DNA of 64,000 bases from the human T2T-CHM13v2.0 reference genome, Homo sapiens. Location: assembly GCF_009914755.1 (NCBI RefSeq), contig NC_060926.1, one strand, 5' to 3'. Of this stretch, positions 27,253 to 39,186 are shown one piece after another; position 1 is the first letter of the stretch; every line of letters starts with the position of its first letter. The translations under genes were made by a program, and so were the position numbers. The notes under the pieces were generated by a model. It did no database searches. It saw only the letters and a program-made list of their open reading frames with translations, and was not told the origin of the DNA.

Positions 27253-27556
27253 GACGCCATTATTTAAGATAAGAATAAGCAAAAGATGAGTAGATTTGTG
27301 GGGAGGGTACCCACGAATTTGGGTACCCACAAAAGATGAGTAGATTTGTGGGGAGGGTACCCACAAAAGATGAGTAGATTTGTGGGGAGGGACATATTTA
27401 TTTAAATAATGATGCCATTATTTAAGATAAGAATAAGCAAAAGATGAGTAGATTTGTGGGGAGGGTACCCACAAATTTGGGTACCCACAAAAGATGAGTA
27501 GATTTGTGGGGAGGGTACCCACAAAAGGTGAGTAGATTTGTGGGGAGGGACATATT
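27253..27556. repeat. Hierarchical tandem repeat: 34-bp subunits inside a 158-bp duplication, within an L2 relic
   Basis: AAAAGATGAGTAGATTTGTGGGGAGGG occurs six times; block 27253-27398 is repeated at 27411-27556. Confidence 0.93.
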
Positions 27557-27820
27557 GAGTTTGGTTTTATAGATAGTGCAAGGTATCTCTGCAAATAGTC
27601 ACTGTCCTTCTCAACCTCCTTCCCTCCCCCGACCCCCACATCACAATATGTGTACTTTCTCTACAGAGTTAGACTACAGTGTACTGTTCAGCAGGCAGAA
27701 AGGCCACAATCTATGGATGAAAGAAGTCCCCCTGCAGGGAGAGGACCTAGTCAGAACAATCTTCCTAGGAAGAAGAAAATCCTGGGATGGGAACTGTGGT
27801 CTTAGAAAGCCGACCTTACA

Positions 27821-28457
<637 letters not shown>

Positions 28458-29331
28458 TCCCTCTCTGAGAACATGCTCTAGGTGTGTTGAAAGTATTTCT
28501 GGGTGGGGATAAGATGGGGAGGGGAGGTGACTTCTTTTCTACGTAGGTGACCAGGGTAGGCAGAGAGAGCCTATCAGGGCCGTCCAGGCCAGTGTATACT
28601 CTAGGAGAAAACATATCCAATATCCAGTTGTAAGTTCCACCTGGTGGATAATTAATTTTCTTCTTTAGGAACCTTCAAGAAAGTTCTGCTAAAAGCTGTA
28701 GCCTGGCTTTAGTGCTGCTGTGTATTATCCCTGCCTAGGCAGGTGGGAAGGGGAAATGGTTTCCTGAGGGTTTCCAGCATGGAGATTTCAGCTGGGATCA
28801 GAGCAGGTATCCCCAGGATAAAGGCACTCTGGGATGAGTCTTGGCCGAGTTGTTCAACCATCCTCTTTATAAGGAGATTCTTTTCCTCATTGCCAGCCAG
28901 TAGCCAGGATGCCTATATGACACTGTCTGGCCCAGTTGGATGGATTTCTGGGTCAGCTGAGAAAAGAGGGAGTTTTCAGGGTACAGGTTGTAACTGAAGG
29001 CTGGGAGAAGGGATGGGATGACCTGGGAAGTCAGTGGAGTTGGAAGGGACTGTGAGCTAGCTTAGAAGCTCCACAACAAGCGTGGGGCCATGTCCGCTCA
29101 TTCACTGCTGTGTCCCTAATGCCCTATACAGTGCTTGACATCTCCTAGGACCTCAAATAGTAGTTGAATGAATGAGTTAATTAAATAAATTACAGAAATT
29201 TAGGAAGCATCAACTTCTAAGAGACCTGAGGAAGTGACAAAAGTTTGGAACAGCTGCCATAAGCAATGAGAGGAAGATGAGCTGAAGAATGGCTGTGCTG
29301 TGAGTACAGGGAAGTTAAGAAAGTTCTCTTT

Positions 29332-29728
29332 GGCTGGGTGTGGTGGCTCATACCTGTAATCCCAGCACTTTGGGAGGCTGAGGTGGGCAGATCACTTGAG
29401 GTCAAGAGCTGGAGACCAGCCTGGCCAACATGGTTAAACCCCGTCTGTATTAAAAATACAAAAATTAGCTGGGCGTGGTGGCTTATGCCTCTAATCCCAG
29501 CTATTCAGGAGGCTGAGGCACGAGAATCGCTTGAACCTGGGAGACAGGAGGCAGAGGTTTCAGTGAGCCAACATTCTGCCACTGCATTCCAGCCTGGGCA
29601 ACAGAGCAAAACCAGAAAAAAACAAAGAAAGAGAGAGAGAGAGAGGGAGGGAGGGAGGGAAGGAGGGAAGAAAGGAAGGAAGGAAGGAAGGTAGGAAGGA
29701 AGGAAGGAAAAAGAAAAGAAAAGAGAAA
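29332..29728 (+). mobile_element. AluS with expanded GA/GGAA/GAAA tail
   Basis: Alu dimer; purine tract 29615-29732; GAAAGTTC on both flanks. Confidence 0.9.
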
Positions 29729-31107
29729 GAAAGTTCATTCTCCTTGAAGGCCAGGCTTTGGGCACTGGCAGCACCCATGGAGAAAAGGGCTTCTCTGTAC
29801 CCCCATCTCCACAGTGTGCTTTGGCCCAGTAAGGTCCTGGGGGAAGTACTCCTGGTAATCCTGAGAATCAGATAGCAGGAGTGCATTTCCAGGGCTGCAG
29901 GCCACCCTCCACAGGACCACCTGGGTGGCTAGTGTGCTCAGTGCTGGTCACCAGGGGCTGACCTTCAAGTGTCAGAGGAAGCTGGGAAGTTTTGGATCCT
30001 GGATTGAGAAACTGGCCTGTGTTTTTAACTCTAGGAGTCATGATCTGAATGTGAAATTCCAAGGGCTACAAACACAGACCATGGGCTTTTATGACTCTGG
30101 GTGACCTCTATCCTCTGGCTGTCATTTGGGGATATTTTTCTTCTCCTTTTAATCCTGAAAAGGAAAGAAAAAATGTTACGAGAAGCAAGTTACTCATCAC
30201 TTTGTTAAGGATTGATTCCATTTAATTCCAGAGCTTGTTTGACCCTTGGATAAACAATTGAAACCTTCTGGAGGTACCTAAAAGGACTGCAAGAATGCAT
30301 TTGCCATTTAATGGTAGAAAAATTTTAAATGGGATTCTGATAGTATAAAAAATAGTATTTATATAAGTGCTTAAAAAATCACTTGTAAAATATACGCTCT
30401 TCAATAATGGCCAAATATGGGAAACTCTGATGTTTGGTCACATAACCAGGCTGATTTTGCAAATGGGAAGATCCATCTATCCCCATTTACTTAGGTTGAG
30501 CAATCTTCTGGCTACAAATTTCCTCCAAAGATGTCTAGAATCATTGGCCAAATGGAGATCCAGACTAAATGCATAAGATAGCACCAACATAAGTTAGCCA
30601 GCTTGGGTTCTCTGAGGTGGGTTTAGCCATGCCAAAGGAGAATTGTTCAAAGTTTTAACTTTATGGGTAATGGTAGAAGTTACGGATTATATAGTTTGTC
30701 ACCTGCCAAATCTGCAAGAACAAATAAAGATGAAATGCAATGAATGTATAAACAACTCAAAGGGAAAAAGTGCTAACCAGGTTTAGAAAGCCAAGAGTTT
30801 CCTAGCAGGCTGATATGACCTAATCTCTTTCCATGACATACTGACCAACTGGTGAGTAATTTCACCAGTAAACTAAGAAGTCAGAATGTCAAGCACGACC
30901 ATGAAGGGGGTAACTGGAGGCAGAAGCAGCTGAGCCCCAGATTCACCCTGGGCCTCTGCAACCTTCTCATCCCCAGCTAGGTAATAGAAGAGATCAAAGT
31001 TCATGAAATTTGCTGGGGACCTCAAAAAAGAGGGTTAGGAGTGGAGTAAGAGGGGAATGTCTTCCTTTCTGTCATAACACATATCCCATTGTAATTTTAG
31101 TTTATTT

Positions 31108-31312
31108 CTTTTTTTTAGAGACTTGCTCTGTTGCCCAGACTGGAGTGTAGTGGCGTGGTCATAGCTTACTACAGCCTTGAACTCCTGGGCTCAAGGGATC
31201 CTCCTGCCTCAGCCTCCTGAGCAGCTAGGACTATAGGTGGGTGCCACCACGCCTGGCTAATTTTTACATTTTCTGTGGAGATGGGGGTCTTGATATATTA
31301 CCCAGGCTGGAA
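31108..31312 (-). mobile_element. Partial AluJ
   Basis: Antisense right arm plus part of the left arm. Confidence 0.82.
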
Positions 31313-31804
31313 CCCATCATATCATTTCATCTCCTGCTGCTGCAGGACAGGCAGTGTGGTTTAGCTGGAAAATCAAGGACCACAGACAGAAGCCCAGTCT
31401 CTGTCTGTCACTATCTGCACATTCTTGGGCCAATTCCTCCTGCCCTCTACTGCCTCAGGTTCTTTATTTGTAAAATGATTTTGAAGATTAAACAAGATCA
31501 AACCAAATACTCGGCAGAGTGCCCAGCTTATTCTAAGTCCTCAATAAATCTCGATTCCTTCCCTTGAGTGGATTCATCAGAGTACCTTAAGCACAAACAG
31601 GAATGGAATAAATTTTGTTGACTACATGAGTATGGAACAATAACAACTCTTGTTTATTTAGGATTTTTTCAGTTGTAAGCTCCCCAGGGCATCATATCAT
31701 ACACATTTTTGCAGCCTCAGCATCTAGATCAGGGCCTGTCACATGGTAGGTTCTTAGTAACTATTAAGTTATCGAATTTTGACTTTAAAGGGGCCTTGAT
31801 AATA

Positions 31805-31946
31805 GGCTGGGTGTGGCAGTTCACACATGTAATCCTAGGACTTTGAGACGCCAAGGCAGGTGAATCACTTGAGCCCAGGAGTTCAAGACCCGCCTGGGCA
31901 ACATGGTGAAACCCAGTGTCTACAAAAAATAGAAAAAAAAAAATTA
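31805..31946 (+). mobile_element. AluJ left arm, split by the L1 insertion
   Basis: Left monomer ending in linker AAAATTAG immediately before the L1 5' end. Confidence 0.9.
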
Positions 31947-34900
31947 GAGGGGCTGGCAAGATGGCAGAATACGAACAGCTCTCGTCTGCAGCTCCCAATG
32001 AGATCAACGCAGAAGGAGGGTTATTTCAGCATTTCCAACTGAGATACCCAGCTCCTCTCATTGGGACTGGTTAGACAATGGGTGCAGCCCACGGAGGGTG
32101 AGCAGAAGCAAGATGGGGCATCACCTCACCCTGGAAGCACAAGGGGTCATGGAACTCCCTCCCCTAGCCAAGGGAAGCTATGAGGGACTGTGCCATGAGG
32201 AATGGTGCATTCAGGCCCAGATACTACGCTTTTCCTACTGTCTTTACAACCCACAGACCAGGATATTCTCTTGGATGCCTATACCAGCAGGGCCCTGGGT
32301 TTCAAGCACAAAACTGGGCGGCCATTTGGGCAGACACTGAGCTAGCTGCAGGAGTTTTTTTTCATACCTCAGTGACATCTGGAATGCCAGTGAGACAGAA
32401 CAATTCACTGCCCTGGAAAGGGGGCTGACACCAAGGAGCCAAGTGGTCTAGCTCAGTGGATCCCACCCCCACAGATCCCAGAAAGCTAAGATCCACTGGC
32501 TTGAAATTCTCACTGCCAGCACAGCAGTCTGAAGTTGACCTGGGATGCTTGAGTTTGGTGGCAGGAGGAGCGTCTGCCACTACTGAGGCTTGAGTAGTCA
32601 GTTTTCCCCTCACAGTGTAAACAAAGCCACCAGGAAGTTTGAACTGGGTGAAACCCACAACAGCTCGGCAAAGCCACTGTAGCCAGACTGCCTCTCTAGA
32701 TTCCTCCTCTCTGGGCAGGGCATCTCTGAAAGAAAGGCAGCAGCCCCAGTCAGGGGCTTATAGATAAAACTCCTATCTCCCTGGGACAGAGCACCTGGGG
32801 GAAGGGGTGGCTGTGGGCACAGCTTCAGCTGACTTAAACATTCTTGCCTGCTGGCTCTGAAGAGAGGATCAGATCTCCCAGCACAATGCTTGAGCTCTGC
32901 TAAGAGACAGAGTGCCTCCTCAGGTGGGTCCCTGATCCCCTTGCCTCCTGACTGGGAGACACCTCCCAGCAAGGGTTGACAGACACCTCATACAGGAGAG
33001 CTCCGGCTGGCATCTGGTGGGTACCCCTCTGGGACGAAACTTCCAGAGGAAGGAACAGGCAGCAATCTTTGCTGTTCTGCAGCCTCTGCTGGTGACACCC
33101 AGGCAAACAGGGTCTGGAGTGGACCTCCAGAAAACTCCAGCAGACCTACAGCAGAGGGGCCTGACTGTTAGAAGGAAAACTAACAAACAGAAAGGAATAG
33201 CATCAACATCAACAAAAAGGACGTCCACACAGAAACCTCATCCGAAGGTCACCAACATCAATGACCAAAGGTAGATAAATCCAAGAAGATGAGGAAAAGC
33301 CAGCACAAAAAGGCTAAAAATTCCAAAAACCAGAACACCTCTTCTCTTCCAAAGGATCACAACTCCTCACCAGCAAGGGAACAAAACTGGATGGAGAATG
33401 AGTTTGATGAATTGACAGAAGTAGGCTCCAGAAGGTGGGTAATAACAAACTCCTCTGAGCTAAAGGATCATGTACTAACCCAATGCAAGGAAGCTAAGAA
33501 CTTTGAAAAAAGGTTAGAGGAATTGCTAACTAGAATAACCAGTTTAGAGAAGAATATAAATGACCTGGTGGAGCTGAAAAGCACAGCAAGAGAACTTCGT
33601 GAAGCACACAAAAGTTTCAATAGCTGAATTGATCAAGTGGAAGAAAGGATATCAGAGACTGAAGATGAACTTAATGAAATAAAGTGTGAAGACAAGATTA
33701 CAGAAAAAAGAATGAAAAGGAATGAACCAAGCCTCCAAGAAATATAGGGCTATGTGGAAAGACCAAACCTATGCTTGATTGTTGTATCTGAAAGTGACAG
33801 GGAGAATGGAGCCAAGTTGGAAAACACTCTTTAGGATATTATCCAGGAGAACTTCCCCAACCTAGCAAGGCAGGCCAACATTCAAATTCAGGAAATGCAG
33901 AGAACACCACAAAGGTACTCCTCGAGAAGAGCAACCCCAAGACACATAATTGTCAGATTCACCAAGGTTGAAATGGAGGAAAAAATGTTAAGGGCAGCCA
34001 GAAAGAAAGGCCAGGTTACCCACAAAGGGAAGCCCATCAGACTAACAGCGGATCTCTCTGCATAAACCCTACAACCCAGAAGACAGTGGGGGTCAATATT
34101 CAACATTCATAAAGAGAAGAATTTTCAACACAGAATTACATATCCAGCAAAACTAAGCTTCATAAGCAAAGGATAAATAAAATCATTTACAGACAAGCAA
34201 ATGCTAAGAGATTTTCTCACCACCAAGCCTGCCTTACAAGAGCTCCTGAAGGACCCACTAAATATAGAAAGGAAAAACCGGTACCAGCCACTGCAAAGAC
34301 ATACCAAATTGTAAAGACCATTGACACTATGAAGAAACTGCATTAACTAATGGGCAAAATAACCAGTTAGCATCATAATGACAGGATTAAATTCACACAT
34401 AACAATATTAACTTTAAATGTAAATGGGCTAAATGCCCCAGTTAAAAGACACAAACTGGCAAATTGGATAAAGAGTCAAGACCCATTGGTGTGCTATATG
34501 CAGGAGACCCATCTCATGTGCAAAGACACACATAGGCTCAAAATAAAGGGATAGAGGAACGTTTACCAAGAAAATGGAAAGCAAAAAAAAAAAAAAAAAA
34601 AAAGCAGCGGTTGCAATCCTAGTCTCTGATAAAACAGACTTTAAACCAACAAAGATAAAAAAAGTAACAGAAGGGCATTACATAATGGTAAAGAGATCAA
34701 TGCAACAAGAGAGCTAACTATCCTAAATATATATGAACCCAACACAGAAGCTCCCAGATTCATAAAGCAAGTTCTTAGAGACCTACAAAGAGACTCAAAC
34801 TGCCACACAATAATAGTGGGAGACTTTAACACCCCACTGTCAATATTAGACAGATTGACAAGACAGAAAATTAACAAGGATATTCAGGACTTGAACTCAA

Positions 34901-37900
34901 CTCTGGACCAAGTGGACCTAATAGACATCTACAGAATTCTCCACCCCAAATCAACAGAATATACATTCTTCTTAGCACCACATCGCACTTATTCTAAAAT
35001 TGACCACATAGTTGGAAGTAAAACACTCCTTAGCAAATGCAAAAGAAAAGAAATCATAACAAACAGTCTCTCAGACCATGGTGCAATCAAATTAGAACTC
35101 AGGATTAAGAAACTCACTCAAAACCACAGAACTACATGGAAAATGAACAACCTGCTGCTGAATGATTACTGGGTACATAATGAAATGAAGGCAGAAATAA
35201 GTAAGTTATTTGAAACCAATGAGAACAAAGACACAATGTACCAGAATCTCTGGGACACAGCTAAAGCAGTGTTTAGAGGGAAACTTATAGCACTAAATGC
35301 CCACAGGAGAAAGCGGGAAAGATCTAAAATCGACACCCTAACATCACAATTAAAAGAACTAGAGAAGCAAGAGCAAACAAATTCAAAAGCTATCAGAAGA
35401 CAAGAAATAACTCAGATCAGAGCAGAACTGAAGGAGATAGAGACACAAAAAACCCTTCAAAAAATCAATGAATCCAGGAGCTGGTTTTTTGAAAAGATTA
35501 GAAAATAGATAGAATGCTGGCCAGACTAATAAAGACAAAAAGAGAGAAGAATCAAATAAACACACAAAAAAATGATAAAGGGGATATCACCACTGATCCC
35601 ACAGAAATACAAACTACCATCAGAGAATACTATAAACACCTAAATGCAAATAAACTAGAAAATCTAGAAGAAATGGATAAATTCCTGGACACATACACCC
35701 TCCCAAGACTAAACCAGGAAGAAGTTGAATCCCTGAATAGACCAATAACAAGTTCTGAAATTGAGGTGGTAATTAATAGCCTACCCACCAAAAAAAGCCC
35801 AGGACCAGACAGATTCACAGCCAAATTCTACCAAAGGTACAAAGAGGAGCCGGTACCATTCCTTCTGAAACTATTCCAAACAATAGAAAAAGAGGGAATC
35901 ATCCCTAACTCATTTTATGAGCCCAGCATCATCCTGATGTCAAAACCTGGCAGAGACAGAAACCAAAAAGAAAATTTCAGGCCAATATCCCTGATGAGCA
36001 TCGATGTGAAAATCCTCAATAAAATACTGGCAAACTGAAACCAGCAGCGCATCAAAAAGCTTATCCACCACGATCAAGTTGGCTTCATCTCTGGGATGCA
36101 AGGCTGGTTCAACATATGCAAATCAATAATAGTAATCCATCACATAAACAGAACCAATGACAAAAACCACATGATTATCTCAATAGATGCAGAAAAGGCC
36201 TTCAATAAAATTCAACACCCCTTCATGCTATAAACACTCAATAAACTAGGTATTGATGGAACGTATCTCAAAACAATAAGAGCTATTTATTATAAACCCA
36301 CAGCCAATATCATACTGAATGGGAAAAAGCTGGAAGCATTCCCTTTGAAAACCAGCACAAGACAAGGATGCCCTCTCTCACCACTCCTATTCAACATAGT
36401 ATTGGAAGTTCTGGTCAGGACAATCAGGCAAGAGAAAAAATAAAGGATATTCAAATAGGAAGAGAGGAAGTCAAATTGTCTCTGTTTGCAGATGATATGA
36501 TTGTATATTTGGAAAACCCCATCGTCTCAGCCCCAAATCTCCTTAAGCTGATAAGCAACTTCAGCCAAGTCTCAAAATATAAAATCAATGTGCGAAAATC
36601 ACAAGCATTCCTATACACCAATAATAGACAAACAGAGAGCCAAATCATGAGTGAACTCCCATTCACAATTGCTACAAAGAGAATAAAATACCTAGGAATA
36701 CAACTTACAAGGGATGTGAGGGACCTCTTCAAGGAGAACTACGAACCACTGCTCAAGGAAGTAAGAGAGGACACAAACAAATGGAAAAACATTCCATGCT
36801 CACGGATACGAAGAATCAATATTGTGAAAATGGCCATACTGCTCAAAGTAATTTATAGATTCAGTGCTATCCCCATCAAGCTACCATTGACTTTCTTCAC
36901 AGAATTAGAAAAAAATTACTTTAAATATCATATGGAACCAAAAAAGAGCCCGTATAGCTAAGACAATCCTAAGCAAAAAGAACAAAGCTGGAGGCATCAC
37001 GTTACGTGACTTCAAACTATACTACAAGGCTACAGTGACGAAAAGAGCATGGTACTGGTATCAAGACAGATATATAGACCAATGGAACAGAACAGAGGCC
37101 TCAGAAATAATGCCAAACATCTACAACCATCTGATCTTTGACAAACCTGACAAAAACAAGCAATGGGGGAAGGATTCCTGATTTAATAAATGGTGTTGAG
37201 AAAACTGGCTAGCCTTATGCAGAAAACTGAAACTGGACCCCTTCCTTATACCTTAGACAAAAATTAACTCAAGATGGACTTAAATGTAAGACCTAAAACC
37301 ATAAAAACCCTAGAAGAAAACCTAGGCAATACCATTCAGGACATAGGCATGGGAAAACACCTCATGAGTAAAACACCAAAAGCAATGGCAACAAAAGCCA
37401 AAATTGACAAATGGGATCTAATTAAACTAAAGAGCTTCTGCGCAGCAAAATAAACTATCACCAGAGTGAACAGGCAACCTACAGAATGGGAGAAAATTTT
37501 TGCAATCTATTCATCTGACAAAGGGCTAATATCCAGAATCTGTAAGGAACTTAAACAGTTATTAAGAAAAAAAACAAACAACCCCATCAAAAAGTGGGTG
37601 AAGGATATGAAGAGACACTTCTCAAAAGAAGACATTTATGTGGCCAACAAACATATGAAAAAAAGCTCATCATCACTAGTCATCAGAGAAATGCCAATCA
37701 AAGCCACAATGAGATACCATCTCATGCCAGTTAGAATGGCGATCATTAAAAAGTCAGGAAGTAACAGATGCTGGAGAGGATGTGGAGGAATAGGAACACT
37801 TTTACACTGTTGGTGGGAGTGTAAATTAGTTCAACCTTTCTGGAAGACAGTGTGGCGATTCCTCAAAGATCTAGAACCAGAAATACCATTTGATCCAGCA

Positions 37901-38430
37901 ATCCCATTAGTGGGTATATACCTAAAGTATTATAAATCATTCTACTATAAAGACACATGCACAGGTATGTTTATTGTGGCACTATTCACAATAGCAAAGA
38001 CTTGGAACCAACCCAAATGCCCATCAATGATAGACTGGATAAAGAAAATGTGGCACATATACACCATGGAATACTAAGCAGCCATAAAAAAGGATGAGTT
38101 CATGTCCTTTGCAGGGACATGGATAAAGCTGGAAACCATCATTCTCAACAAACTAACAGAGGAACAGAAAACCAAATACTGCACGTTCTCACTTATAAGT
38201 GGGAGTTGAACAATGGGAACACATGGACACAGGGTGGGGAACATCACACACTGGGGCCTGTCGGGGGGTGGGAGGCTAGGGGAGGGTTAGCATTAGGAGA
38301 AATACCTAATGTAGATGACAGGTTGATGGGTGCAGCAAACCACCATGGCACATATATACCTATGTAACAAACCTGCAATCCTGCACATGTATCCCAGAAC
38401 TTAAAGTGTAATAATAATAATAAAAATAAG
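31947..38430 (+). mobile_element. Full-length, inactive LINE-1 (L1PA7/L1PA8-like)
   Basis: 5' UTR starts GGGGCTGGCAAGATGGC. ORF1 remnant 33289-34314; ORF2 remnant ~34378-38210 with endonuclease ([11 protein letters not shown]), RT (LFADD) and C-terminal Cys-rich (CWRGC..HCWWEC) segments; G-rich 3' UTR and A-rich tail. Many stops and frameshifts. Confidence 0.96.
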
Positions 38431-38991
38431 GAAACCTTTAAAAACAAGTCATCATGTTCTGGATTGGCTAAGAAGAAACATAGTCAAAGAAGAAAAAAAA
38501 AAAAAAGAAAGAAAGATCCCTGAATTGGAAGAATCAACAATTCACAAACATTGGTCCAGACATCGATAGCCAAATCATATCCCCTCAGCTATTTCTGCAT
38601 ATCCAAAATACAAATTCTCAAGCCGCACCTTCCATAGATTCTAACTCATGTTTTTGGAGGCTCTTGGAATTTGTGTGTTTATTTAATCTGCTCAAATAAA
38701 TCTGATGCACAGTAGAATCTGGAAACCAATCTTCTAGACAATGTCTTCCAACATTACTAATATTGACCAGTTCAAGAATCTCTGGGCTATTTCTTCATAA
38801 ACAAAATGAATAACATTTTTGAGCCCCTACATTTGAGTATGGAAGATAACCAATATGGAAACATTCATCAAGCAATAAATATTCATGAGGAACCGACAAT
38901 ATATAATGTGCTACCTTAGGCACTGAAAGGAAGTCCTAACAGTGGATATGTGGCTGAAATTAAATTTTCTGATAAAATTAAAAAAAAAAAA
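38431..38991 (+). mobile_element. Putative L1 3' transduction (non-L1 DNA ending in poly(A))
   Basis: Lies between the L1 tail and the 3' TSD; ATTAAA at 38959-38964 precedes an A-tract starting at 38980. Confidence 0.75.
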
Positions 38992-39186
38992 AGAAAAAAA
39001 ATTAGCTGGGAGTGCAGGAGTGGTGGCATGTGCCTGTAGTTCCAGCTACTCTAGAGGCTGAGGTGGGAGGATTATTTGAGCCTGGGAGGTCGAGGCTGCA
39101 GTGAGCTGTGATTGTGTTACTGCATTTCAGCCTGGATAACAGAGTGAGAACTGATCTCAAAATATAAAAATTAAAAAAATGAAAAT
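38992..39186 (+). mobile_element. AluJ right arm, split by the L1 insertion
   Basis: Starts AAAATTAGCTGGG, right monomer plus A tail; degenerate Alu TSD AAAGGGGCCTTGATAA (31787-31802) / AAAGGGCCACTGATAA (39187-39202). Confidence 0.9.

Noticed and set aside
27281-27556. CRISPR-like look of ~34-bp palindromic repeats
   Set aside because: No unique spacers, no cas genes, primate DNA; explained by local duplication.
33289-38210. L1 ORF1/ORF2 as functional genes
   Set aside because: Multiple stops and frameshifts, plus an A-run expansion at 34583-34603.
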